A model generated the notes under the pieces. It was not told the DNA's origin, ran no database searches, and saw nothing but the letters and a program-made list of their open reading frames with translations. Below, one piece after another: positions 1-12,497 of a DNA stretch of 64,000 nt; within the stretch, counting starts at the first letter, position 1, and every line of letters starts with the position of its first letter. Origin of the DNA: Paragordius varius (Eukaryota; Animalia; Nematomorpha); assembly GCA_964247055.1 (NCBI GenBank), contig OZ176050.1:8432001-8496000 (forward strand), written 5' to 3'. The translations under genes were made by a program, and so were the position numbers.

Positions 1-80
1 ATTTCAATAAGTGCCCCAATAATCAAAAGTAGATTAAGACCTAATTTTAAAATAATTAATATACATAGACATATTAATAT

Positions 81-102
81 TATATATATATATATATATA
101 TA
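81..102. repeat. (TA)n microsatellite
   Basis: About 11 perfect TA units. Confidence 0.9.
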
Positions 103-749
103 AGGTATCACAATTTAGCGATACATGTTTTAATCCAGGCATGTCACGCTTTTTTCGGTACGCAAAATTGCTTAAAAATGTTAAAAATAGAAAAAATTAG
201 ATTTCAATCCTAAATTTAGCAGATATATTATCCAAAATATGGAAAATAATAAAAAATCCTAAATATATTCAACCGCAATGATATTTGACTCCTATTTTAA
301 TCATTCGATGAAAATTGGAACAATTTTTTTTTATTTACGGATTAAAAACCTTCCTTCATAAAGAGCTATTGTAAAGGCGCCTATAAATAGATTAAGTCAT
401 TATCATTCACTTTTTCAATCACAAGTATAGATAGTTTAATGAAAGAAATTGGGCTTACTAAATCCGAAAAAATAGGAACTTATAAGAAATAAATGAAAAT
501 AAAATGGGGCAAACATCTGATTAATAACATTTTGGCTAAATTAATATTATATGGATATAGACCACGTTTAAAAGATTTATCATATGTTTGCAGTTCTAAA
601 GACGGGGGCCCTAGATCGGAGATCGAAAATTGGTAACGAGCCTAGGATAAATGTTGAAAAGTTTTTCAATATTAGTTTCGATACGACAGTCCTATTTAAT
701 GGAATAAGAAACTTTTTAAAAATAAACACGCATAACAAATACCGCACTA

Positions 750-1285
750 TACCATTTGCACTTCTAGAGTGTCCTTGAACACTTCAAGTTGGTCCTTGAA
801 CAATTCAAGTTGATCCTTTGACTTTGTTTTGTATTTAACTTTTATCAATCAAATCGTAAATAATATCATCTATTTTATTGTTATTAACCTATTTTCTATT
901 ATTTAACATAAATTTAAAATCGATATCAACTTTTAATCTTTGAGAAACCGTATATCTTTATTAATTTCTTAAAATAATTTTGGATATTTATAAGATTTTA
1001 ACAAGAATTGAAAAATATAGAAGTTTTCTGAGTTATTAATTAAAATTTTTAATCAAAAACATTTAAAAGTCAATAATTTTATTCAATTGAAAAAAAATAG
1101 TTTGAAACAAAAAAGTGGTTTTTCAATAAAATTTTATTTTAAATGAATAAATATATAATAAATAAAGAAAATTAGCTTAAGTAATAATAAAATAAAAAAT
1201 AAATGCAAACATTATGGTTAAATCAAAATTTATAAATTTTAAGGACCAACTTGAAGTGTTCAAGGCTCTAGAAGTACAAATGGTA
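750..1285. mobile_element. MITE family A (TACCATTT termini, TA target-site duplication)
   Basis: Left end TA|TACCATTTGCACTTCTAGAG, right end CTCTAGAAGTACAAATGGTA|TA; subterminal 21-bp repeats CCTTGAACA(C/A)TTCAAGTTG(G/A)T; homologous copies at about 4718-5185 and 60133-60707. Confidence 0.85.
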
Positions 1286-2226
1286 TACACTATAAAAACT
1301 CATAAACTTTATAAAATTTATGGATGATGTTATTTGAATCTGACTAGGTTTATATGAATATTAAAATAATTAGTAACCGCTGTTTGTTTCGATTGGTGGA
1401 AAAATTATTGCTTTAACGAGTGTTTATTTAATGTCATTAACAATTTGATATCTCCATAAAATAAAGTGACCAGATAGGCTGTTTTTCGCAGTACAGTACT
1501 GGGTTTTCGAAAAAAAACCGCGCCCGTACTGCGCTGACTTTTGTACTGCTTTTTGAAATTTTATAAATATGTTTTAATTAGCATTTATTCATACAAGTTT
1601 TGTTTGTAGAATTCGATAGAGTAACCTTAGTTAAAATAAATAAATGGTTTTTTTTGCTCTAAAAAACTCTGGCTCTTAATTTCAATATTTAATTTTTTGC
1701 TTTAATTATACATGGAGTTGGGTTTTGGACCGGTCAAATCGCTTATGAATGCAGCCATTCGCGAAATGGCAGAACTATCAATATTCCAGATTTAGGCCAA
1801 CCTTTCACTCAGGGCTTCCGCAAAAGCGACCTCAAAAATAAACACAAAATAAAAATATTTTAGTAATTTGATCTTTTGAAAATTCATTTTTGTTTCATAT
1901 AGGTTTCAGCTAAATTAAATTTGTTTGAGTTTACTTTAATTATAATTATCAAACGGAAAATTTTTATATTTCCACAACATATTATTTAAATTCAATATAT
2001 TTGGTTTCGATATAATTCTTTTTTTCTAGGAAAAAAACAACTTTTTTATGTTTTGGGTGGGAGGTTTGTTCCTTAATTTTTTGCTTCCCTAAACTTTAAT
2101 TTGTATCCAGTTTTCTTTTAATTCTTTTGTGCATAAGCAAATTAGACCTATTTTAATTTTGGCACACATACACACACACACATAATAATTTTTTTATTAA
2201 TTCTTTTCATTTTAATTTTCTTTTCC

Positions 2227-2400
2227 GTGCCTTTTCTTATAAACAAAATATGGACTATGGAAAAAACACAACTCATAATAGATACCTTGAAAGTAATTGT
2301 AATAGTCAAAAATACAGAAGAAAATTGTGAAGCTTTTTTAGATAAAATTTCGCAAAACCATAAATTATTGGGACAATTACATAAATCTGAAAAATATATA
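2227..2400 (+). pseudogene. hAT transposase C-terminal remnant
   Basis: Translation LINKIWTMEKTQLIIDTLKVIVIVK...NCEAF...NHKLLGQLHKSEKY resembles the hAT dimerisation-domain tail (W-T-x-E-K/R...LL-x-x-I-H-x-S-x-KY); lies inside the 1462-3267 element. Confidence 0.65.
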
Positions 2401-2779
2401 TTTATTATTTTTAGATATTATTACTATTATAAAAAAATAATTATTTATTAATAATTATGTCACGTCATATACCATTGATTGGGTAGACTCAGAACTATTT
2501 AATCATTTTTAAATTTTACACTGTAGCAAAGTCGGCATTTAAATAATTTTCTATCCATTCACCTATCTTTTTTTCATCAACGCATAGTTTTACCTTCTGT
2601 CAAATAGTCATTTTTTTCAAAAAGCTATGGAAACTTTCATAAGATCGTGTGTGAATGATTTTATCTGCACGGCAACATCTTATAAAAACCAGATATATTG
2701 TTTCCCTCTATTTTTATCATCATATATTTGGTAATAATATTGTTTTTGACAATTAGTATTTTTTAAAACTAACATACCA

Positions 2780-3000
2780 TTATAATCTATATATTTATAA
2801 AAATGGAAAGTAGTGGCTTGGTGATCTATTTCCGGGAAACCGGTAGATCCATTCAAATCCAAATGTCGAAAAAATAAGATCATTAATGAATGCCTCGACA
2901 ATAGCTTCGCCTTTTTTTGAATTAGGCCCCCAGTTCGGGCCCACCCCGTGTAAAATACGTTTTTTTTAAAACAGAAGTCCACAAAAATCGTGTCTTTGAC
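2780..3000 (-). repeat. Dispersed repeat (second copy about 9140-9335), weakly IS630/Tc1-transposase-like
   Basis: Near-collinear copies of ATGAATGCC..ACAATAGCTTCGCCTTTTTT..ATTAGGCC..CAGTTCGGG; minus-strand translation IFVD..FYTGWARTG..HSLMI..LDLNG loosely recalls the first DDE block. The repeat is clear; the protein assignment is weak. Confidence 0.5.
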
Positions 3001-4232
3001 ACAATCTGGAAAACGTGTTGGACCATTCAATTTCAAATATGATTTTTGTTTACTTATTTTCGATTGCGTTAAACATAATCGGCTCGTTTTTTTAATTAAG
3101 GCCCTCTTTTTTTTTAATAAATTTAATATTTCAATTGTTTCTAATGAGCTTATAAATAGTAACGAACAATATTATTTAATATAAAACACCGAAAATCCGG
3201 TTAAAAAACAGGCAAAGTATGTTTTAATTTTGTACTGCACCAGGGTTCTAAATATCTGGTCACATTACCATAAAATGATTTTTTTAACAATAAAGCAGAC
3301 GCCAACTGATTATGGAATTATACATTTCTCTGGTTTTTTCAAATATACAACACTTGTAATAAACTGGCAATCAAATGTACAATCAATACCCTTGAACCAA
3401 CTAATTAGTTTTCGTGCAAGGATGTGCCCTTACCTCCATTTATTAACTTATTGTTGAAGCATCTATCTAGGAGCCTTACCATTTTCAGTGGACAATGTTT
3501 TCATACAATTATTTTTACAACATAAATAATCTGCTGAATACCGTTAAAGTGAATGTTGAAGCAAACTCCACCAGTCATGATTGATACTAAAAAACCTATC
3601 GCTAATCAACGTAATAATTTTGCATTTTTTTGCGTTATACTTTTTTAAAAGTTTGTATCCTTGGCACGCCTTGGTGCTTAACTTGGGCTAACTCACCAAA
3701 ATTTTGAACAATTTATTAAAAATTATTATCCAAAATAACATCCCCAAAGCAACGGTTTATGTTGCAGTAGAATCATAATATATCTACTGATAAATCCCGT
3801 GTTGTTTGACAGTTTAAAATTTCATGGAGAGCTGGCACCAAATTTTTGCTCGATCTATCAAAAATCTATGTCGTATAACACGATCCAATTTGTTGTATAA
3901 AAACATTATTCTGGGTTTAATTGAAATCGCAATAGATGGAACCCTAAACCATGTTGGTTGTGCTTAAATCAGCAGTCATCCTCAAAGTTCCTCAAACGGT
4001 TTGCGTTGCACTAGATTGTCCAAAATGAATATTTATGAGAAAGCTCAGGGATTGGTCAAAAATGAAGTCTTATTTTTAACAATACACATAATCAATAATA
4101 TGGCAATAAAAATAAAAATTAGTACTGTAATGCGATATAGCTTACGCATTTGTCACGCCATGTTCATAAAGCTAAATTGAATAGGAAAATAACAATATAT
4201 ATCATTAGGATATGTAAATTAATAAGTATGTA

Positions 4233-5685
4233 TACCATTTTTCATGCAAAAACATCATTTTTTCAACCAAACGCACCATTTTTTCAAGCAAACGCAACAT
4301 TTTTTCAACCAAACGCACCATTTTTTCAAGCAAACGCAACATTTTTTCAAGCAAAGACAACATTTTTTCAAGCAAACGCAACATTTTTTCAAGCAAACGC
4401 AACATTTTTTCAACCAAATACAACATTTTTTCATCCAAACGCAACATTTTTTCATCCAAAGACAACATTTTTTCAAGCAAAAACAACACTTTTTTTAATA
4501 GTACAAAAAATTACTATTAATTGTATGACAATTTAATTATCATATATTTATTAAATTTTAAGTTATGTAATTTATTTTTAGCGTTGAATTATGATTTTTA
4601 TCGTTTTATCATCAATTTGATGGTAAATTAATTGATTTTCAAACCATAAATTGCCTAATTTATTTATATTAATTATATTTTTCTTTTACAACTTTAGTAC
4701 CGTCTATAATCAATTTATATAATTTGCACTTCAAGAGTGTCTTTGAAGCTTTAAAGTTATCCTTCGCTTAAATTTGGTCCTTACATTTTTTGCAGTTTGC
4801 ATACAACCGTAATTATTGTATGTATCTTTTTTAAATTTAACCTAATATATATCTTTATTTATTAGTGTTTCATTTTAATAAAAACAACTTTATTTGTTTC
4901 GAGCTTCTAAATATTACAATCAATAACCCACAAAACTTAGATATTTTTTAATATAGTTATAAAAATTTATAGAAATAATAAGGATGTACGGTTCTTATGA
5001 AAAAAAAGTTGCTATTTATTTAATAGTTTAGGTTAATAAAGAGAATAGGTTAAAAATGATAGGATAAATATATTTTATTACCTCATTAATAAAAGGTAGA
5101 AACAAAATTAAAATATTGAAGGACCAACTTGAAGTGTTCATCGACCAACTTTAAATTTTTAAAAACACTCTTGAAGCGCAATATATTGATTAGGTGAAAC
5201 TAAAGTTGAAATATGGGCAAAATCAAAATGTTTGAAAATCAATTAATTTACCATCAAATATTGATGATAAACGATAAAAATCATAATTCAACGCTAAAAA
5301 TAAATTACATTAACTTAAAATTAAATAAATATATTATAATTAAATTGTCATACAATAAATAGTAATTTTTTGTACTATTAAAAAAAGTGTTGTTTTTGCT
5401 TGAAAAAATGTTGTCTTTGGTTGAAAAAATGTTGCGTTTGGTTGAAAAAATGTTGCGTTTGGATGAAAAAATGTTGCGTTTGCTTGAAAAAATGTTGCGT
5501 TTGCTTGAAAAATTGTTGTCTTTGCTTGAAAAAATGTTGCGTTTGCTTGAAAAAATGTTGTCTTTGCTTGAAAAAATGTTGCGTTTGCTTGAAAAAATGT
5601 TGTCTTTGCTTGAAAAAATGTTGCGTTTGGTTGAAAAAATGTTGCATTTGGTTGAAAAAATGATGTTTTTGCATGAAAAATGGTA
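4233..5685. mobile_element. Foldback-type element with about 490-bp inverted arms containing 21-bp tandem arrays
   Basis: TA|TACCATTTTTCATGCAAAAACATC ... GATGTTTTTGCATGAAAAATGGTA|TA; arms are reverse complements; 11 (left) and 13 (right) units of TTTTTTCAAGCAAACGCAACA. Confidence 0.9.
4718..5185 (-). mobile_element. Degenerate MITE family A copy at the centre of the foldback element
   Basis: Ends TTTGCACTTCAAGAGTGT / ACACTCTTGAAGCGCAA, AAGGACCAACTTGAAGTGTTC motif, interior similar to the reverse complement of 750-1285. Confidence 0.7.
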
Positions 5686-5989
5686 TATATTTAAAATTTT
5701 ACTATGGCCAAATAGCTCGACACAAGAATAAACTTTTTTACATGACAACACCATATTTTATATTTGTTTGAATTCATCCTAAGAATAATAATATTTTCAA
5801 TCATACGAATAATCCATTCTTCAAAGCTTTTTAACGCTAAATTATCGGAAAAACAAAAAATTAACGGACTGAAACAAAATAAACAAATGAAGTACAAAAT
5901 TCATTTATATAATGAAGGCTCCCGGTAAAGAAAACAAAAAATATGTTCGTACAGCCTTGTAAAATCTTTAATATATATATATATATATA

Positions 5990-7215
5990 CACTGTGTTTT
6001 TATGAGATAGCTTATGACGAGCGTATTCATTTGCCGCAAAAATTTTTATTTGTTGACAACCTAGTGTTTTTGAAATATTGAGAGAAAATCGAAATCGGGC
6101 AAAAAGTGAAAATTATGGATTAAGGATAATTCAAAAAATAATGATAAAATTTGAACTATTATGGTTTATTATCATTTTAGGAGATATTTTCAATATATAA
6201 ATAGCCTAAAATAATATAGTTAGGGTTCCTATAAAATTTCAGCTCAAAAGAAGGCGTTTTTCTTTTATCACACTTAAAAGACAAAAAAATTTTAATCAAA
6301 CTATATTAAAATATTTTTTTTAATTATTTACTGCCTAACTCACTATTAAAATCTTAACATTTATATTTTATTCAGTAAAAGATACTTATATATCAAAATA
6401 AAACCAAAAATATTGATATTTATTTTTGCATTTTTTTGTCATCGGGTTCATGAGTGTATAAAAAATTTATACTGTTTTATTTTGGATTCTTACATGAGTG
6501 GGAATTATTCAGTATATAATTTATGCAAAATAGGATTTAAAAGTAGTGGAATATCATTTAATAATCCTTACAAATCCTTGTAACAAGTCTGTTTTATGAC
6601 AAATTAATATTTGTATTGGGATTTGTACGGATAGGTAGATTTTCCACTACTTTTAAATCCTATTTTGCCTAAAATATTTCGCACTCATGTTAGATTCCAA
6701 AATAGAACAGTATAAATATTTTATACACTCACAAACCAGATGACAAAAAAAGTAAAAATAAAAAACAATATTTTTTGGTTTTATTTTGATATATAAGTTT
6801 TTTTACTGAATTAAATATGGATGTTAAGATTTTAAAAGTGAGTTTAGCTAGTAATGAATTAAAAAATATTAAAATAGTTTTATAAAAAAAAATTTGTCTT
6901 GTGAATGTGTTAAAAGAAAAACGCCATCTTTTGAGCTGAAATTTTATAGAAACCCTAACTATATTATTTTAGGCTATTTATATATTGAAAATATCTCCTA
7001 AAATGATAATAAACCATAATATCTCAAATTTTATCATTATTTTTTGAATTATCCTTAATTTACACTTTTTGCCCTATTTCGATTTTCCCTCCATATTTTA
7101 AAAACTAGGTTGTCAACAAATAAAAATTTTTGCGGCAAATGAATACACTGGTCATAAGCTATCTCATGAAAAAAATTTCGTTTAATCAAAATGACCTTCT
7201 TTTTTGCACACAGTA
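5990..7215. mobile_element. Near-complete palindromic (long-TIR) non-autonomous element
   Basis: Starts TA|CACTGTG, ends CACAGTA in a (TA)n tract; about 590-bp arms are reverse complements, separated by a spacer of about 40 bp near 6590. Confidence 0.8.
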
Positions 7216-7225
7216 TATATATATA

Positions 7226-7420
7226 CACTGTGTGCAAAAAAATTTTTAACATAAATTTTTTTCATATAGCTTATGACCAGCGTATTCATATGCCGCAAAA
7301 ATTTTTATTTGTTGACAACCTAGTTTTTGAAATATTGAGAGAAAATTGAAATCGGGCAAAAAGTGAAAATTAAGGATAATTAAGGATAATTCAAAAAATA
7401 ATGAAAAAATTTGAAATATA
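7226..7420 (+). mobile_element. Truncated second copy of the 5990-7215 element
   Basis: TA|CACTGTGTGC then ATAGCTTATGACCAGCGTATTCATATGCCGC, matching 6008-6180; stops where the family C element begins. Confidence 0.75.
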
Positions 7421-9345
7421 ACACAGCTCAACAAGGTTTTGCACCACCCCATTTTTTGCACTTTAAGATATCTAATGGGATAGAAAGGCCAAATCAAAAA
7501 AAATTTTAAGGCCACCAATAGGATTTTTCCAAAATTCAATTTTTAATTTTGTATTTAATTTAAAAGAAACAAGCATTCCTCGTGTTGTTTAAATATTTAA
7601 ACGAGCAAGATACAAGTAACATCCAGGTATTTTCATATTATTTTAGTACGAAAATGCAAAAATGATCCAAATATATTTTGCATCTGTTGTGGTAAATATA
7701 TATTTAACAAAAATAACTTGCGGAATATCGATGTTAATACTGGAATTTTTACAAAATATTTTGATACCAAAATTGATAATGACAGAGCATGCCCCCCCCC
7801 CCATTTTTTCTTACGAAGACTCTACAGAATTATTGGTGATCCATTAAATAAAACTTTATCTGAAAGTTTATCTTTATATTTAAAAATATAAACTGCCTAA
7901 AAATGCTGCTTATTCATAAAAAATCTTGAAAAAGATTCAGCCTCATTCATTTACTTTCAAAATCATTATAAACTCAGTAAAGCCAAAGCTGAGGCTAAGA
8001 TAGCTAATGGACCTTTAATCAAAAAATTTTTACAAGATAACTATAAACCTATTATTTGCAAAGGAAAAAAAGCCTTTGAAGCTTTAAAAAAATACAACAC
8101 AGGCGCATCATATATATTTAAATATTAGGATCACATAAGTCTTAAAAGTATAAAATATTAGGCCAGGAGCTTGTAGAAAGTTACCATAGGATGGGTACAT
8201 TATTTTATTAGGCTGTAAAATGACTATGAAGCTACGAAAGATTCCCGTATTACGGAAAGCGAGCAACTCGCACAATATTTCTGATTTTATCTGGAATTTT
8301 ATTGCTACAATTATTATTTTAAATATATACAATAAATAAATGTTTATTTTATTGAATATATTAATTAAAAATTTGTAGTTAAAAAGAAAATGAAAAATAA
8401 ATTTAATATGTATTTATACAATTTTTTGTGAAAGCTACAAAGATATACGAATAAATGGATATATAGACTATAATCAACACTAAAATACAAAAAATTTATT
8501 TGCATTAATAACAAAATTCTAGGCATTAAATAAAATGAGATACTAAACAAGCTAAGCCAAAGTATTAAAAATCTAAAAGGGCTAAAGTATGATGTGATAG
8601 ATCCTGGCGGCTTGCACAAGCTCTGCCTTATCCCCAAGCGATCCTATACAGTCAATACAAAATAAGAATATTTGTAAAAAAGATTTAAATATTAAGAGTA
8701 AAGCAATGAATATTTATAAAAAGAAAAAAACAAAGGGCCATAGTGTATGTGCAAGCACAACCATGCCCATTAAATAATAATTATTTACTATTAAAGAAAA
8801 AAGGAAAGGAAAGGCATTTACTGAGTATATTTTATACCATTACCATGCCCCTATCTACGTGCCAGCATTACCATGGCCATTAAATATTAATTATTTTTTT
8901 TACTAGTTATGTAATACCATACCATTACCATGCCTATATCACTGGAAAGAATAGATTTACACAATTTTTTTTTCATATTACAAGGGTGAATGATAAAAAT
9001 TTAAATAATACGAAGCTGCAAACAATTGATTTAAGAGCCGATTTAAAATATTTGAAATTCGACTCAACTTTTGTTATAAAAATTATAGAAATAAAAAAAT
9101 TTATTAAAAAATGTGCAAATAAAAATAAAAATATGCTCATCTTTTTATAAAAATGGAAAATGCTGGCTTTGTGATCAGTTTCCGGAAAACCTGTAGACCC
9201 ATTCAAATCCAAACTTCGAAAAAATATAATCATTAATGAATGCCCGACAATAGCTTCGCCCTTTTTTAAATTAGGCCTCCAGTTCGGGTCCAACCCGAAT
9301 AAAAAATTTTTTTAAAATAAAAGTCCACAAAAATAATTTTTTGAA

Positions 9346-9908
9346 TCTCTTTTTCGCCCAGGTTAAGAAACCGTAAAAATTTAATGAGGATTCCAGGTAT
9401 TCCCTGTTAAAAAGCAAACATTTTAGTCGTGCATGTTTTTTATATCACCTCTGGGTAGGGAGCTATCCGCCGAAAACTGCTGCACCATATCGAAATTGCG
9501 TTGTTTTGGGCTAATTTTCAAAAAACAGAAGCCATACGAGTTCAGGTAAACACATTTCTGCGAAATTTGTATATCATTCTTTTCGTTAAAAAGGGACCAC
9601 AAATGATTTACTTTTTATATCCCTTGATCCTAGCTGTGAACATAATTCAAAATAAAACTTTTAACCATGATTTCGTAAAACAAAATTAAAAGTTCTAGTT
9701 GAATATAATAAAAAACAGTTTCAATATGGTCACTTTTAAGTAAACAATATGAGCCTCTGCAAAAACTGTAAAAGAATAATTAGAAACATTCTTTTTATTT
9801 ATTAAGTTTTTTATTATTTTTTTATCTCGATTACCTCTATTTATTGCAAATTATTAAGAATAATTATCCGTGCGACTAGGTCACAGCGAAGCTGACAGGG
9901 CCAGCTAG
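9346..9908 (+). mobile_element. Probable non-autonomous Helitron (3' end clear, 5' end uncertain)
   Basis: 3' end TCCGTGCGACTAGGTCACAGCGAAGCTGACAGGGCCAGCTAG|T has the GC-rich tail plus CTAG typical of Helitrons; 5' TC placed tentatively at about 9346. Confidence 0.5.
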
Positions 9909-9914
9909 TAATTA

Positions 9915-10128
9915 ATATAATTTTAAACACCTCCGAATGAGATTAGTTTACGTGATGAACCACAAAAATATTAATAAAAACTATATTTATAATTGTTTTC
10001 AATGTCTAATTTTTTCGCTTCAAAGCAATAATTAATAAAATATCATGTCAAAAATTAAAATAATTTTTAAATACTTATTTTTGCGTTCATCACATAAACG
10101 ACCCATTCGAAGGTGTTCTAAATAATTT
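9915..10128. mobile_element. Small MITE
   Basis: Imperfect inverted ends of about 40 bp: AACACCTCCGAATGAG..GTTTACGTGATGAAC / GTTCATCACATAAACGACCCATTCGAAGGTGTT. Confidence 0.6.
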
Positions 10129-10165
10129 TTATACCTAGGTGTTTTATAATAATAATAATGTGATT

Positions 10166-10265
10166 TCATGAAAAAGATTCAATAGTATTTAGTTGAGGGG
10201 AATTAGGAGGTAAGAAAACAAGCCTATTTTTTAATTCCCCAACCACCGCAGCTCTATGAATTGGC
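10166..10265 (-). pseudogene. IS630/Tc1-type DDE transposase remnant
   Basis: IHRAAVVGELKNRLVFLPPNSPQLNTIE matches the H..(L/Y)LPPYSPDLNPIE signature. Confidence 0.75.
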
Positions 10266-11354
10266 TTCAAATATTTTAAATATGCTCTTAAATCGATTGT
10301 TTGCAGCTTCGTATTATTTAAGGTTCTATCATTCACCCTTGTAATATGAAAAAAATTGTGTAAATCTATTCTTTCCAGTGATATAGGCATGGTAATGGTA
10401 TGGTATTACATAACTAGTAAAAAAAATAATTATTATATTTAATGGGCATGGTAATGCTTGCACGTAGATAGGGGCATGGTAATGGTATAAAATATAGTCA
10501 GTAAATGCCTTTCCTTTCCTTTTTTCTTTAATAGTAAATAATTATTATTTAATGGGCATGGTTGTGCTTGCACATACACTATGGCCCTTTGTTTTTTCTT
10601 TTTATAAATATTCATTGTTTTACTCTTAATATTTAAATCTTTATTACAAATATTCTTATTTTGTATTGACTGTAATTATGCCAGATATGGCAAAGGTAAC
10701 AAGTAATCGTAGAGCGCGATATGAGAGGCTTGCAAGCAAATTGACATGTCAACCAATTCACAGAATAAAATTAGATAAATTATACCATTGAATTGAATAA
10801 AGAGATTAGGTAAATACAAATGGTCCAATCCCATAACAGTATATTCTACTAAAAGTGGCTACCCAACATCCATCGGAAATTCAAAATACAGACCAACCAA
10901 CGATTTTAAAAAATAAATAATATCCACTGCTTCATTAAATGATATTAATTTTATAATATAATAACTTTTTATTATTAAGTTATATTTGATTTTCTCTTGT
11001 TTTTGAAAAATTAAAAAACCCATAATATCTCAAAATTCTAATTGGGGGGATCAAAAAATTTTCAGATTCGGTTTTAGAACACAATTAGTCATAATTTAAA
11101 AGATTGAGTGGTGGTGCTCAAAAATGTCCAAATTTGTCGACTAGTGTTATCGAAGTTTCAACTATTTAACATTATATTTGATACTAATTTTATTATCATC
11201 CTCTTATAGCGGCAGTGCTCTAATTACCTATTGTGGTTAAATGCTTGTGAATACATGTTTGATCATACATCATAACATAGTTTAAAATATGCGCCTTCTA
11301 AAAGCCTGTATGGATGCCCAACTTAATACACTTTTTATTAACATCAATGAATAA

Positions 11355-12497
11355 CACTGCTCAACAAGGTTTTGCACCACTCCATTATTTTTGCATTTTC
11401 TGATACCTAATGGCACGGAAAGGCCAAAACAAAAAAGAAAATTGAGGCCACCAATAGGATTTTTCCAAAATTTAATTTTTAAATTTGTATTTAATTTAAA
11501 AATAACAATCATTCCTCGTGTACATATGTTTAAAAATTCAAACAGGCAAGTCGATACAAGTAATATTCCATGCATGAATAACAAAATTCTAGGCATTAAA
11601 TAAGATACTAAACAAGCTAAGAGCCAAAGTATTAAAAATCTAAAAGGGGCTTATGTATAGTGTGATAGATCCGGGCGGCTGCACAAGCTCTGCATATCCC
11701 CCAAGCGATCCTATAATTATGCCAGATGTGGCAAAGATAACAATAAGTAATCGTAAAGTCCGATAAGAGAGACTTGCAAGCAAAATCGTGGCAAATTGAC
11801 ATGTCAAATTAACCAATTTACAGAATAAAGTTAGATAAATTCTACAATTAAATTGAATATAAATTAGGTAAATACAAATGGTCCAACCCCATAACAGTAA
11901 ATTCTACTAAAAGTGGCTACACAACATCCATCTGAAATTCAAAATACAAAACAACCAATAATTTTAAAAAAAATAAGGTATATCCACTAGGTATAAATAA
12001 AAGATTTTTTATAAGAACCAACTCAAGAGAAAAAGTCTAATAAGTACTCGAAAGAACGAAATCTAACAAAAAAAATATAGCCTATCTGAAAGCCGAAGGT
12101 TTAAACCATAAAATGCCTTTTTATTATTTTTTTAAAAAAATTTTAAATGTGTTAAAAATTTACTTGAAAAGAAAAGACTAAATCTTGACGTTTAAGTCCG
12201 TACTATTTTTTTCTCTCTGATATTTAAATGACATATTTATAATCAAAAGATAGAGTTTAAAACGCTTTAATAAATGATATTAAGTTTATAATATAATAAC
12301 ATTTTATTATAAAGTTATATTTAATTTTCTCTCGATTTTCTCTTGTTTTTGAAAAATTGAAAAACCTAAAATATTTCAAAATTCTGATTGGCGGGATCAA
12401 AAATTTTTTCACATTCGGTTTTAAAACACTGAAATTAGTCATAATTTAAAAAGTTTGAGTGGTGGTGCTTAAAAATGTCCAAATTTGTCGACTAGTG
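11355..12497. mobile_element. Tc1-like non-autonomous family C, copy 2 (uninterrupted, about 1.14 kb)
   Basis: CACTGCTCAACAAGG...TTTGTCGACTAGTG|TA; same sequence as copy 1 without the nested insertions. Confidence 0.7.

Larger units (their letters stand above)
1462..3267 (+). mobile_element. Internally deleted hAT DNA transposon with 8-bp TSD
   Basis: TIRs TAAAGTGACCAGATA / TATCTGGTCACATTA, flanked by identical CCATAAAA (1454-1461 and 3268-3275); the left about 500 bp recur at 63032-63560; carries a transposase C-terminal remnant. Confidence 0.8.
8649..10672 (-). mobile_element. Tc1/mariner-superfamily element with about 410-bp TIRs (IR/DR type) and TA TSD
   Basis: TA|CAGTCAATAC...GTATTGACTG|TA; 8649-9060 is the reverse complement of about 10262-10672, with internal ACCATGCCC direct repeats; empty target site present in the paralogous copy at 11705-11725. 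Confidence 0.85.
7422..11146. mobile_element. Tc1-like non-autonomous family C, copy 1 (with nested insertions)
   Basis: Starts CACAGCTCAACAAGGTTTTGCACCAC, ends GTCCAAATTTGTCGACTAGTG; collinear with 11355-12497 apart from insertions at about 7630-8495 and 8649-10672. Confidence 0.7.

Noticed and set aside
3300-4100. Less AT-rich stretch that looks like decayed coding sequence
   Set aside because: No frame gave a motif I could recognise; probably an old TE remnant, left unassigned.
4255-4490. Regular 21-bp repeats as a CRISPR-like array
   Set aside because: Units are contiguous with no unique spacers, there are no cas genes, and the context is eukaryotic.
4150-5754. Eight overlapping ORFs with heptad-like repeats (KQTQHFF, LLEKMLR, LKKCCVC, FFQANAT)
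   Set aside because: They arise because a stop-free 21-bp (3n) tandem repeat in transposon arms is open in most frames on both strands; no coding evidence.
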